A stretch of 48,440 nucleotides of DNA from a virus (lineage: Duplodnaviria > Caudoviricetes), in IMG/VR virus record IMGVR_UViG_3300037501_000009, positions 1 to 48,440 of that record. The stretch is one strand, 5' to 3'. The translations under genes and the position numbers were made by a program. Shown here in pieces: positions 16,458 through 25,626 of this stretch. Each line of letters starts with the position of its first letter. Position 1 is the first letter of the stretch. The notes below the pieces were generated by a model. That model was not told the origin of the DNA and did no database searches. It was given only the letters and a program-made list of their open reading frames with translations.

Positions 16458-17252
16458 ATGAGCTACCAACTGATCCAGATCCACAGCAAGGAGAAGGGGG
16501 CGAGTGGACCGAGGCCCCCGGGGAAGGCAGTCGACACCCTCGTCATCCACACGACGGACACGATGGGCATGTCCCGGTGGACCTCATTCGCCACGATGAT
16601 GAAGTACATCAAGTGGGCAGAGGACCATGACGACGGAATCGACCACGAGACCGCAACACGGCTGCGGGAGTTCATCTCCGGAGGGAAGGAGATGCCGGAC
16701 GGTCTGCGGCTCTGCACGACCGCTTCGTACACCCCGGCAGAGACCTCGTGGCACTACTGCGTGTCGTCCGTGACCCAAGCGACTCTCGTGTGCGTTGGGG
16801 AGATGGTGCCTCCCGAGTTGCAGGCCCACCACATCGGGCCGATCTGCCCTACGGGGAACACGAACAAGAGAAGCATCGGGATCGAGAACTGCTACCCCGG
16901 AGCGGTGGCGACTGCACCGAACCCGAAGCGACCGCAGGACCCGTGGGCACGGAACATCGTCGAAGCGAAGACGATCTACCACGGATGGGGATGGGAGGAT
17001 GACCCGGTTCTCCTGCCCGATCCGAACGGGAAGAACCGCTGGTACGTTCCGTACCCGGAGACCTCGTTCCTCGCTCTCCGCGATCTGTGCATCGACCTCT
17101 GCAAGCGTTTCCCCATCGCGGCGATCTGCAACCACTGGCAGTTCGCCAAGTCAAAGCGGATCGATCCGGATCCACCGATCAGCCTCGTCCGCCTCCGGGA
17201 TGAGGTGGGGAAGGCCGTCGGCAGGACGTTGCAGGACATGCCCCCGAGGTGA
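16458..17252 (+). CDS. N-acetylmuramoyl-L-alanine amidase (Amidase_2), endolysin-like
   Basis: LVIHTT, SWHY, AHHIG, NKRSIGIE, H..KRIDP Zn-ligand pattern. Confidence 0.8.
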   Translation: MSYQLIQIHSKEKGASGPRPPGKAVDTLVIHTTDTMGMSRWTSFATMMKYIKWAEDHDDGIDHETATRLREFISGGKEMPDGLRLCTTASYTPAETSWHYCVSSVTQATLVCVGEMVPPELQAHHIGPICPTGNTNKRSIGIENCYPGAVATAPNPKRPQDPWARNIVEAKTIYHGWGWEDDPVLLPDPNGKNRWYVPYPETSFLALRDLCIDLCKRFPIAAICNHWQFAKSKRIDPDPPISLVRLRDEVGKAVGRTLQDMPPR

Positions 17253-17452
17253 AGATGACCGCCGATCAAGTTGCTGCTGTGAAGGAGGCTGTCCGAGCGA
17301 TTCGACGGACGGCTCCGAATGCTTTCATCGCTACGTGCTGTGGAAGAGTTTTCGTCGGGGCGTTCCAGCCGAAGAAGTGCCGCACCTGCGAGAAGATCCC
17401 GCAAGCAGTAGAAGTCACCTCAGCCGCAGAAGTCGATTCCGCCATCCTGTGA
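17249..17452 (+). CDS. small Cys-rich protein
   Basis: CCG...CRTC; GTGA overlap. Confidence 0.55.
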   Translation: MKMTADQVAAVKEAVRAIRRTAPNAFIATCCGRVFVGAFQPKKCRTCEKIPQAVEVTSAAEVDSAIL

Positions 17453-17495
17453 TCGGAACGAAGAACTGCTGTTCTAGGCCCCGATCTTTTCCTTC

Positions 17496-17524
17496 TTGAC
17501 AACCTCGTTCCTACGTGGTACGAT
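17496..17524 (+). promoter_or_regulatory. sigma70-type promoter
   Basis: TTGACA-17-(TGG)TACGAT. Confidence 0.75.
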
Positions 17525-17601
17525 GCAGCTAGGAGGATCGGGGTGGTCGTGGCTTCTATGGTTTCTATGGACCTCGGTCGGTTTTCGGAGGATGCTTAGG
17601 T

Positions 17602-18165
17602 ATGACCTCAGTACCTCAACCGAGCATCAACATGCCTTGTCCAGAAGGTTGCGGAAGAATCCTCCGTACACGACAGGGGGTACGAAAACACCTACGAGTT
17701 GTACACGGTATCGTCGAGTACGAACGAGAGTGTACCTCTTGCGGGAAGAAGAAGCCCGCAGGTTGTTTCGGAGTTACCGGAAGCCAGAAGAGAAGCGATG
17801 GTAGTGTGGCTTTCTACTACCGTTCTATCTGCGATGAGTGTCGGACGGAGGAGAATCGAAAGAGACTGGAGAAGACAGCCAATCGTCCAGAAAGCCATAG
17901 AAGACGGGACAAGAAGAAAGGAGTCGCGCTCCAGTTTGGACTGTCATTAGCCGAATACGATGCCGCATGGAGAGACTTCCTGATCAAGCAGGGAGGGGTG
18001 TGTGCGGTCTGTAACAAGAGGAAACCGGAGGTCTTGGATCACTGCCATACGACAGGAAGGTTGAGAGGCGTTCTCTGTCGGCAGTGCAACTCAGCGGCGG
18101 GGTTCCTCATGGATGACTCGAAAGTCGCAGAACGACTTTCGAGGTACTTGAAGGGAGGGCAGTAG
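17602..18165 (+). CDS. endonuclease VII-like nuclease with N-terminal Zn fingers
   Basis: QGGVCAVC...LDHCHTTGRLRGVLCRQCN; C2H2-like CPEGC..HLRVVH. Confidence 0.85.
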   Translation: MTSVPQPSINMPCPEGCGRILRTRQGVRKHLRVVHGIVEYERECTSCGKKKPAGCFGVTGSQKRSDGSVAFYYRSICDECRTEENRKRLEKTANRPESHRRRDKKKGVALQFGLSLAEYDAAWRDFLIKQGGVCAVCNKRKPEVLDHCHTTGRLRGVLCRQCNSAAGFLMDDSKVAERLSRYLKGGQ

Positions 18166-18167
18166 CC

Positions 18168-18848
18168 ATTTGGATCTTCACACGAGTCGGGTTCTTCAGC
18201 GTGGTTCAGAAGCCGAATGAGGTGCTCCTGACCGTCCGGGCAAGGGCGGAGGGCGACTTGGAGAGGCTCCGGGAGAGGTTCATGCCCGAGTTGGGCGAGA
18301 CCATTGCGTTGAAGGTCTCGGACTACCCGTTCCGGGCAACGATCTCCCGGGAGGCGTTCGCGCAGGGCATGGTCAAGGTCGTGATGGACCTGACCTACTC
18401 GAACTTCAAGGACATGATCCACAAGGAGCCGGGGCAGGGTCACGAACGGGCGGCGGTCTACATGAAGATCTGGGGCGTCTTGCTCGCTCTGGAACCGAAG
18501 TGGAAGCGGCAGCCGATGTGGGGAGGTTCGCAGCAGACGACTATGCCCTTTCGCGAGCCTGTGGAGTCGTGGGGGTTCGGACGCGGCGATCCCTTCGTTG
18601 AAGAGTTCGACGAGGATGTCGTGGAACGACGAGGTGCTCGCAGCGGAGGAGAACGCCCGGACGAAGCGTACCTCGTCGATCACTACATCACGGACCCTGA
18701 TTCCCTTCCCGATGTCGAGGACGAGGAAGAAGGTCTGACCGCAGAAGATCGACAGGCCATCGAGGCGGAGTTCGTGCAGTTGCAGAACACCTACGGACGC
18801 GAGCGAGTGAACGAGGTGGTCATCGACATCCTCGACGAACAAACCTGA
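18168..18848 (+). CDS. conserved phage protein, apparent ATT start
   Basis: GGAGG RBS, then ATT TGG ATC TTC = (M)WIFTRVGFFSVVQK..LTVRAR..DL..DYPFRA..YSNFK. Confidence 0.65.
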   Translation: MWIFTRVGFFSVVQKPNEVLLTVRARAEGDLERLRERFMPELGETIALKVSDYPFRATISREAFAQGMVKVVMDLTYSNFKDMIHKEPGQGHERAAVYMKIWGVLLALEPKWKRQPMWGGSQQTTMPFREPVESWGFGRGDPFVEEFDEDVVERRGARSGGERPDEAYLVDHYITDPDSLPDVEDEEEGLTAEDRQAIEAEFVQLQNTYGRERVNEVVIDILDEQT

Positions 18849-18875
18849 CCTAGGAAGAAACGAGTCCGACCCTTG

Positions 18876-18904
18876 TGGACAATGACGTTGGTGTGTGATA
18901 TTCT
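18876..18904 (+). promoter_or_regulatory. sigma70-type promoter
   Basis: TGGACA-17-(TGA)TATTCT. Confidence 0.55.
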
Positions 18905-18927
18905 CCTCTACTGATGGAGGAGAACTG

Positions 18928-19155
18928 ATGCATTTGCGATGCGCCGGTTGCGGCAAACCACTTCAGCGTGGAGATCACATCGTTCGGATCATCAAGGGAA
19001 CAGTCGTCGGAGAAGAAGACGTTCGGTTGGGCAAGACGTGGGGAGACCTGCACCTCGCGTGCTTCGCTCGGGCAGTTGACAGTCCAGAACTGGCACTGGC
19101 CGAGATTCGAGCCGCAGCCGACACGGGTCGATCTGTTGCCAAGCAAGCTGGATGA
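18928..19155 (+). CDS. small Zn-finger protein
   Basis: GGAGGAG RBS; CAGC...HLAC. Confidence 0.65.
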   Translation: MHLRCAGCGKPLQRGDHIVRIIKGTVVGEEDVRLGKTWGDLHLACFARAVDSPELALAEIRAAADTGRSVAKQAG

Positions 19156-19372
19156 GATCCTCTACCGGGTAGAGGTGCTTGAAGGTCTTCGACCCGGGAC
19201 TCCGGAGCACGACCTACGTGTACGCATTCTGAAGGCCACTGCCTGTCAGGAAAAGATGAACGTGCCGGAGTGTTCGCTTTGCGCGTTTTCACCGTTCTGT
19301 GAACTGACGCAAAGCATCCAACGTGATGTTCTACAGATGAAGGAGCGTGACGGTGTTCCGAAGCCTCCGTAG
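19136..19372 (+). CDS. small Cys-rich protein (start uncertain)
   Basis: C..CSLC..C motif; overlaps both neighbours. Confidence 0.45.
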   Translation: MPSKLDEILYRVEVLEGLRPGTPEHDLRVRILKATACQEKMNVPECSLCAFSPFCELTQSIQRDVLQMKERDGVPKPP

Positions 19373-19718
19373 ATGGATGAGAAGGAAGTTCTCCAGAAAG
19401 CCTGTGATGAAGGTTTGTCTCTACCTGCCAACAGAGATCTACGAGGAGTTGGACAAGATCGCGAAGAATCGTGGTCTGTGTGTTGGTTCGCTTTCGGAGA
19501 AGGTGCTGACCGAAATGCTCCCGAGGATTCCACGAGGCGGCTGCGCGTTCCTCGGAGAGTTCCCTGAAAACTACCCGAAGGAACTTGCGGACGCTGGTGG
19601 TCGTGGTGCTTGTCGAGCGCCAGAAAACGAAGGCCACCCCTGCTACTGGCCGAAGAGCATCGAGTCCCGGTGTCACTACTTCCGAGAGAAGGTTGAGGAC
19701 CCAGAACAAGGTCCTTGA
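19347..19718 (+). CDS. possible ribbon-helix-helix protein with Cys-rich tail
   Basis: KVCLYLPTEIYEELDKIAKNRG pattern. Confidence 0.5.
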   Translation: MTVFRSLRRWMRRKFSRKPVMKVCLYLPTEIYEELDKIAKNRGLCVGSLSEKVLTEMLPRIPRGGCAFLGEFPENYPKELADAGGRGACRAPENEGHPCYWPKSIESRCHYFREKVEDPEQGP

Positions 19719-19743
19719 CAAGTCAGCCTGTTTGTGGTACGTT
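19715..19743 (+). promoter_or_regulatory. sigma70-type promoter
   Basis: TTGACA-17-(TGG)TACGTT. Confidence 0.8.
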
Positions 19744-19816
19744 CGGATCCGAGATGGGAGATCCGCCACGGTCCTTCGGGCGTCCCGACGGAGTTGGCGG
19801 ACGAAAGGAGCCGATC

Positions 19817-20320
19817 ATGAACATCCAGAAGTACGTCGACTTTGCCCGCGACTTCATCAACGACAAGGCCGTGTTCAAGGAGAACCTCCTGAACCTCGGC
19901 TTCGTCGAGCGCGCCGCGATCTGGAAGACACTCGACGTGGCGGAGAAGGTGCTGACCTCCAAGGAAGGGCGCAAGGCCAACCTGCGTCAGTCCTTGCTGG
20001 ACGACGCCGAGTCGCAGGGCACGCCGACCGAGAAGGGCGGGCAGATGATCGAGGACAAGGAGTCCGGGTTCAAGGTCATCCGCGAGCGCCGCGAGGGCAA
20101 GCTGCCGGAGATCAAGCCGCTGATCGCCCTGCTCAAGAAGAAGGAGATCCCGGTGGTGAAGGCGTTCGACGAGGTGAAGGAACTCGTTCCCTCGCCTTCC
20201 AAGATCGAGTACCTCGTGCAGACCGGCGTGCTGACGCAGGAAGAAGTCGACGCCTGCAAGAAGGTCACGTTCGCGCTGCGCGTGGACGCGCCCGAAGCCT
20301 TCGACCTGCTGACCGAGTAG
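19817..20320 (+). CDS. hypothetical protein (strongly biased codons)
   Basis: AAAGGAG RBS; begins MNIQKYVDF. Confidence 0.75.
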   Translation: MNIQKYVDFARDFINDKAVFKENLLNLGFVERAAIWKTLDVAEKVLTSKEGRKANLRQSLLDDAESQGTPTEKGGQMIEDKESGFKVIRERREGKLPEIKPLIALLKKKEIPVVKAFDEVKELVPSPSKIEYLVQTGVLTQEEVDACKKVTFALRVDAPEAFDLLTE

Positions 20321-20362
20321 AACGCCACCATCTCCCCGGGAGGGGATGAAGGGAGCCTCCTC

Positions 20363-21208
20363 ATGGAGATCGAGCGCCTTCCATCGTCCGAGTTCCAGCC
20401 CAAGTCCGTCGTGTTCGAAGACGTGTTCGGTCTACTTCCACTCTTCGATGCCATCGCGTTCAAGGCCAACGTGATTCTCAGCGGACCAAAAGGCGTGGGC
20501 AAGTCGCTGGCCGTCTTGGCATTCGCGAAGTCCAAGGGGTGCCCGGTCGTGACATGCGACTGTTCGGAAGACCTGCGGAGAACGAACCTGTTGGGCACGT
20601 TCGTTCTTCGTGGGAAGGAGACTCCCTTCATCCTCGGTCCGGTTCCGACTGCGTTCGAGATCGCAAACGAATGCGGTCAGTGCGTCCTCTGTCTCGAAGA
20701 GATCAACGCACTCACCCCGCAGTTGCAGAAGGTCTTCAACCCTGTAACCGACTTCCGACAGCGGATCGAGATCCCCGAGTGCAAGAGGGTCTTTCGACTG
20801 ACTCCCGGAACCAAGCTGTGGGTCGTGGGCACGATGAACACCTCCGTCTACGGAGGCGTGTACGCACTGAACGAAGACCTCAAGTCCCGGTTCCGGATCG
20901 TCGCCCTGAACTACCCGAGTCAGGACGCGGAGCGGAAGATCGTTCTGACGGTTCTGTCCGCTGCGGGTGTGCAGGTCGTACCGAACGACGTGGAACAGGT
21001 TCTTCTTCTCGCGAAAGAGAGTCGGGCAGGCAACGCCTTGGAGTACGCCTTGTCCACTCGTGACGTGATCCAGATCCTCGAAGACATCGCCTTCGTGGGC
21101 CGGAAGAAGGCCCTGTGGATCGCTCGGGGAAAGTTCGAGGACGCGGATCGAACAACCATCGATGCGCGTATCCGGTCCATCTTCGGAATCGACTTCACGA
21201 AGCCGTAG
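20363..21208 (+). CDS. MoxR/CbbQ/CobS-like AAA+ ATPase
   Basis: GPKGVGKS Walker A, LCLEEIN Walker B, GTMN, LNEDLKSRF, STR sensor 2. Confidence 0.9.
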   Translation: MEIERLPSSEFQPKSVVFEDVFGLLPLFDAIAFKANVILSGPKGVGKSLAVLAFAKSKGCPVVTCDCSEDLRRTNLLGTFVLRGKETPFILGPVPTAFEIANECGQCVLCLEEINALTPQLQKVFNPVTDFRQRIEIPECKRVFRLTPGTKLWVVGTMNTSVYGGVYALNEDLKSRFRIVALNYPSQDAERKIVLTVLSAAGVQVVPNDVEQVLLLAKESRAGNALEYALSTRDVIQILEDIAFVGRKKALWIARGKFEDADRTTIDARIRSIFGIDFTKP

Positions 21209-21217
21209 GAGGCCGCT

Positions 21218-23188
21218 GTGGCGAAGGTCAAGCGGTCTATCTTCCAACGTCGGCTGAGGTCCATGCAGGAAAGGCCCCCGCTCACCACAGAAGATGGCCG
21301 GGAACTGGCGGAGCGCAAGACCTCCATCTACAAGGCCGTCGAGATCTTCTCGGGCATGTTGCGGAAGCGACTGTGGGTGAAGGATGGACCTCTCCCGTGT
21401 ACGGACGGTCGAGAGATCCAAGTTCCGTTCAACAACCCTGATGCCTACCTGCTGACTGAACACGAGTTGGCGCACAACCTGTTCCGGTCGAACCCGCAGG
21501 CGAAGGAGCGGTTCGTCACAGAGTACACGGGGAAGGTAACGGACCTCGCGAGTAGCACCAACGTCAAGTTGGAGAAGGATTCAGTCCGGGCACTGGTCGA
21601 GGGAATCGTCCAGACGATGGAAGACTACCGCGTGGAGTCCCTATGGCAGGTGCTCTATCCGGGGTCGTTTCACCTGCGACAGGAGTTGGTCAGGCGGTGG
21701 ATTGCCGAATCCGACGTGATGGAGGGTGTCCAACCGAAGACCCTGATTCATGCCTTCCTTCGCCTGTCCTACGGAGTCCCGATTCCGGACGGGGAGTACA
21801 AGAAGTTCGAGCCGACCCTAGTAGAAGCCTTGTCCAAGGTCCGCCGACGGGGGTTCCCGGCCATGCTGGTCATGAGCCGGTGGCTCATCACCGAACTGGT
21901 CAACGACCTCATCCGGGAAGCGGAGAAGGCTTCCAAGGCCCCTATTCCGCCCCCAGATGACGGTATTCTGGCAGCCCTTGTCGGACCACCACCCCCCGGG
22001 TGGGGAAGCGGTACGAGCGACGAGAGCACTCCGGACAAGGAAGAGACCTTGGGACCTGTTGCGGGTACGGGTGACATCGAGTTCACCCGGGACCCGAAGG
22101 CCCGTTCGGAGGTCCTCCGGAGGTTGTTGAAGATCGCCAACGCGCTCGGGGCGCGCTCGGAGATCGACAAGCGGGACGACCTGAAGACCTCCAAGTTCCT
22201 GAGCGACAAGGATCGGCAGAACGCGGAAAACATCGTCGAACAGGCGGTTCGCTTTCCTGTCCACGACGGGAAGACGCTGGCCGACTTCCTCGACAAGAGC
22301 GAGCGGCGGATGCAGGAGATCGTGGACTGGGCACGCGACGTGCTCTTCAAGCAGATGAAACCTGAAGAAGTTCTTCAGAAGGGCGCGATGGCGAAAGTCG
22401 TGGTTCGGGACGCTCTTCCGGAACCGGACCACAAGCCGCTGACATGTTCAGAGCGAGAAGCAGTACGCAGGTTGCAGACGCAGTTCCTTCGGCAGATGGG
22501 GCGATCTCGGATGATGCTCGACAACGCCGGAGCCGAAGTGGACAACGAGGCCCTGATCCAGAACGTGGCGTTCGACGGCAACGAGCCGTGTTTCCGCAAG
22601 GAGGTACTCGGGCGCGGGTTCCGTGGTCTGGTTCTCATCGACCGATCCGGTTCCATGTCTTCTCGGCAGGAGGCTTCGGAGGAGGCGTGTCGCGTTCTTG
22701 GAGAGGCGCTGCTTCTTCCGTTCGTGGTCTGCGAGACGTGGGGGTGGCAATCGCTCAACGATGGGCAGATCGACGTGACCCGGTTCGGGAAGCGTGTTCG
22801 GTCGTTGACCAACCGAGGTGCTGGCGAGATCCACGGTACGACTCCGTTGCACATCGCCATCCGACTTGGCGTTCGGCACCTGATGGCTCAGGGTGCCGAT
22901 GCCAAGCACCTGTTCGTCGTGACCGACGGAGAGCCTGTGTACTCCACGAAGGCAGGCGTGCTGAGTTCGGCTGCCTTGGTGCGGTTCGTCCACGACGAGG
23001 TTCGGTTCGCGCGCTCGCACGGTGTTGACATCGTGGGCGTGATGATCGATGCGCTCATCCAAGACGACGTTCTGGGCTACATGTTCGGAGACAGGCGTCA
23101 CTGGAAGAGGGTGCGATCCGAGACGCTCGCGGCGGACTTGGTTCAACTGATCTCTTCCAGCTTCCTCCAGTACCTCAAGAACAGGTGA
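21218..23188 (+). CDS. vWA-domain partner protein with N-terminal HExxH
   Basis: HELAH; MIDAS motif LIDRSGSM, GTTP, VVTDGEP. Confidence 0.85.
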   Translation: MAKVKRSIFQRRLRSMQERPPLTTEDGRELAERKTSIYKAVEIFSGMLRKRLWVKDGPLPCTDGREIQVPFNNPDAYLLTEHELAHNLFRSNPQAKERFVTEYTGKVTDLASSTNVKLEKDSVRALVEGIVQTMEDYRVESLWQVLYPGSFHLRQELVRRWIAESDVMEGVQPKTLIHAFLRLSYGVPIPDGEYKKFEPTLVEALSKVRRRGFPAMLVMSRWLITELVNDLIREAEKASKAPIPPPDDGILAALVGPPPPGWGSGTSDESTPDKEETLGPVAGTGDIEFTRDPKARSEVLRRLLKIANALGARSEIDKRDDLKTSKFLSDKDRQNAENIVEQAVRFPVHDGKTLADFLDKSERRMQEIVDWARDVLFKQMKPEEVLQKGAMAKVVVRDALPEPDHKPLTCSEREAVRRLQTQFLRQMGRSRMMLDNAGAEVDNEALIQNVAFDGNEPCFRKEVLGRGFRGLVLIDRSGSMSSRQEASEEACRVLGEALLLPFVVCETWGWQSLNDGQIDVTRFGKRVRSLTNRGAGEIHGTTPLHIAIRLGVRHLMAQGADAKHLFVVTDGEPVYSTKAGVLSSAALVRFVHDEVRFARSHGVDIVGVMIDALIQDDVLGYMFGDRRHWKRVRSETLAADLVQLISSSFLQYLKNR

Positions 23189-23641
23189 GTGATGCTGTTT
23201 CCACGGTTCACAGGTGAAGGCAGATGTTCCGGATGCAACCAGATCGTTCCTATCAAGCGCATGTACCTTGCCGGGGAAGACGTTTCCAAGCAGTGGACGA
23301 TTCCGAATGAGGCGCTGATCACGGTTCTTCGGACGATTCTTGCCAAGTGGGATGACTGGAAGATCTGCCTCGAATGCGGACAGACACGTTGGCAGGTGGT
23401 GTGGGTAGGTCCGTCGTCGGACACCTTGCACGGTCCGTACTGTTACCCGTGTTCCGTGAAGCAACTGCGGATGATGGGTTCTGACGAGAGGGTCCCCGAC
23501 TTCTACGCTGTGTGCGTCCACTACGGAGCACAGGCAGAGAAGAGGATCAAGGCGCTCGCGAGAGCCTACGAGAAGGCTTCGGACGTGCGGAAGATCTCGA
23601 TGCCGAACGGCGGCGATGGCTCGGGCCAAGTGCTCTTCTGA
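23189..23641 (+). CDS. Cys-rich hypothetical protein
   Basis: Three CxxC motifs. Confidence 0.55.
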   Translation: MMLFPRFTGEGRCSGCNQIVPIKRMYLAGEDVSKQWTIPNEALITVLRTILAKWDDWKICLECGQTRWQVVWVGPSSDTLHGPYCYPCSVKQLRMMGSDERVPDFYAVCVHYGAQAEKRIKALARAYEKASDVRKISMPNGGDGSGQVLF

Positions 23642-23650
23642 CCGGTTCGC

Positions 23651-24151
23651 TTGTTCCAACAGACCGACGGTGCTACGTTCGTCAGGTTCGAGTGGGACCC
23701 GGGAGCGAAACTCGCGATGAGCGCCTTGATACCTGCCCCCCACATCCACGTACCTCTGCCGGTCCTCTTCGACAGCAGGGTAGAGATGGGGTCCAAGATG
23801 GTCCTTTTTGCTGTAGCGGCTCGTGGGTGGGTGGCGGAACTGCTAGACCTCAAGTACGCTGACATCGCACAAGAACTTGGGCTACTGGAAAAGGAAGTTC
23901 GTGCCCACCTTGATTCTCTGTGCGGTGTTGGATGGCTGAAGGTTACGAAGAAGACCGATTCGAGTTTCTGTGTGACTTTCTCTTCGCCCGGTCCTTCACA
24001 CAACGAGGTTCTCTCCCGATGCGCGGAGTACTTCCTCCGACCGGTTAGAACCGAGGACGAACTTCGGATGTTGAGATCCGAGATACCTCTGACTGATGCA
24101 GTAGCCGAGGCTGCCGAGAAGTGGTTCGACTCGTTCCTTGGAGAAGAGTGA
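23651..24151 (+). CDS. winged-HTH-like protein
   Basis: YADIAQELGLLEKEVRAHLDSLCGVGWL. Confidence 0.55.
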   Translation: MFQQTDGATFVRFEWDPGAKLAMSALIPAPHIHVPLPVLFDSRVEMGSKMVLFAVAARGWVAELLDLKYADIAQELGLLEKEVRAHLDSLCGVGWLKVTKKTDSSFCVTFSSPGPSHNEVLSRCAEYFLRPVRTEDELRMLRSEIPLTDAVAEAAEKWFDSFLGEE

Positions 24152-25626
24152 TGTCGCAGGACAAAGAGAGAAACGAGGAAATCCCTGTTCCTCCCTACGT
24201 TCAGAACCACCTTGCTCTGATCTACGACGCAAGACTAAGCAGCGAAGAGAAGGCATTTCTTCACTCCTTAGCATCTTGGTGTGGTCGTAGGAAGGCGACC
24301 TACGTCTCGGAAGAGAGGATCGCGGAAATGCTCAACATCAGTCGGTCTTCTGCCTACCGACTGATGTCCTCTCTTGTGAAGGCAGGGAGAATCAGGGTAG
24401 TTCGACGAGGGAACGGAAAAACGGCGCTCCGAGAGGTGGTTCCTCCGGAGGAGATCTACCCTATCGAGGTACTGCACTTCCCCTACTTCTTTCTCCGGTA
24501 CGGTGCCTCTCCGGAGGAGAAGTCGATCATGCGCTCGCAGGCCCCGATGACCTTGGAGGTTCGTGAGAGGGTGAAGAAGTGGGTCGAGGACCGAGAGAAG
24601 AAGAAGTACGACGACGACTGGGAAGAACTGAACGGAACAGAGGTCCCAAAAATGAGACCTCTGAACGATACCGAGGGGACCAGAGGTCCCAAAAATGAGA
24701 CCTCTGAACCCATCAGAGGTCCCAAAAATGAGACCTCTGAACCCATCAGAGGTCCCAAAAATGAGACCTCTGAACCCACCAGAGGTCCCAAAAATGAGAC
24801 CTCACACATGTCAGAGGTCCCAGAAATGAAGCCTAAAGTAGATCCAGATCCGGATCTAGTAGATTCAGTCCGGAAAGAAGTAACGTCAGTCGACGACGTT
24901 GACGTGACGGGACCCTCGTGTGAGTTGGGGACCGCCGGAATACCTCAAGACATGAGTAAAGGAGATTCCGCCGAAGTAGGTGGTATGCCTTCATTGTCAA
25001 GCGGAGAGGACCGGACGGTCCCTTCTACTTCGACTCCGGTGGTGCGAGTTCAGGTTGTAGACGCGGCTGTGCAAACGGCAATCGCGAAGGGCAAGGCAGT
25101 ACAGGCAGAGAAGCTGAAGAAGGTGCTGGATCGTGGTCGTCGCAAGGAGGCAGCGAGAGTAGCTGCAAGGGAGACGCCTACGGAGGTACGAACGCAAGGA
25201 CCGGAGGACGTGGTGCTGTCAGGCAAGTGCGCCAAGATTGCCGAGGCGGAGGCGCTGTGGAAGGCCGAAATGACGGCCAAGTACCCTACGTTCGAGCACG
25301 CTCCGTGGACAGGTCGAGAGGTGGGTCAGATCAGTACCCTCCTTGACAAAGTGTCTGGACAACTGGTCTTGACTGTGCTACGGTATGTGGTACGGAACTG
25401 GGAGGACATCGAGGCTCGGTATCTCAAGAAGAACGATGGGTGTCCGGGACTTGGTTTCGCAGTGAGGTTTTTCAGTTCCCTGTCTTTGGAGGCGCAGAAG
25501 TGGAACGAGAGCCGGGGGACGGAGAGCGTGGAGCAGGAGTGGAAGCGGTGGTTCAAGGAGAACCCCGGCAAGAGTCCTCCGTCGGAGTTGGTGTGGAGGT
25601 ACGATCAGGCGAAGCAGGCCCGGTAG
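24151..25626 (+). CDS. phage replication initiator (N-terminal wHTH, internal iterons)
   Basis: SEERIAEMLNISRSSAYRLMSSLVKAGRI; RGPKNETSEPI repeats; directly upstream of the DnaC- and DnaB-like genes. Confidence 0.75.
   Translation: MSQDKERNEEIPVPPYVQNHLALIYDARLSSEEKAFLHSLASWCGRRKATYVSEERIAEMLNISRSSAYRLMSSLVKAGRIRVVRRGNGKTALREVVPPEEIYPIEVLHFPYFFLRYGASPEEKSIMRSQAPMTLEVRERVKKWVEDREKKKYDDDWEELNGTEVPKMRPLNDTEGTRGPKNETSEPIRGPKNETSEPIRGPKNETSEPTRGPKNETSHMSEVPEMKPKVDPDPDLVDSVRKEVTSVDDVDVTGPSCELGTAGIPQDMSKGDSAEVGGMPSLSSGEDRTVPSTSTPVVRVQVVDAAVQTAIAKGKAVQAEKLKKVLDRGRRKEAARVAARETPTEVRTQGPEDVVLSGKCAKIAEAEALWKAEMTAKYPTFEHAPWTGREVGQISTLLDKVSGQLVLTVLRYVVRNWEDIEARYLKKNDGCPGLGFAVRFFSSLSLEAQKWNESRGTESVEQEWKRWFKENPGKSPPSELVWRYDQAKQAR
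24638..24834. repeat. iteron cluster, probable replication origin
   Basis: CAGAGGTCCCAAAAATGAGACCTC(TG) at 24638, 24681, 24714, 24747, 24780 and a degenerate copy at 24812; internal palindrome CAGAGGTC/GACCTCTG. Confidence 0.8.

Noticed and set aside
24638-24834. CRISPR-like or second guide array
   Set aside because: The linkers are short and nearly identical, and the repeats lie inside an initiator CDS, as iterons do.
25343-25400. Promoter-like TTGACA / TTGACT...GTGGTACGG inside the initiator gene
   Set aside because: The spacing and -10 match are poorer than in the intergenic copies; not supportable without TSS data.
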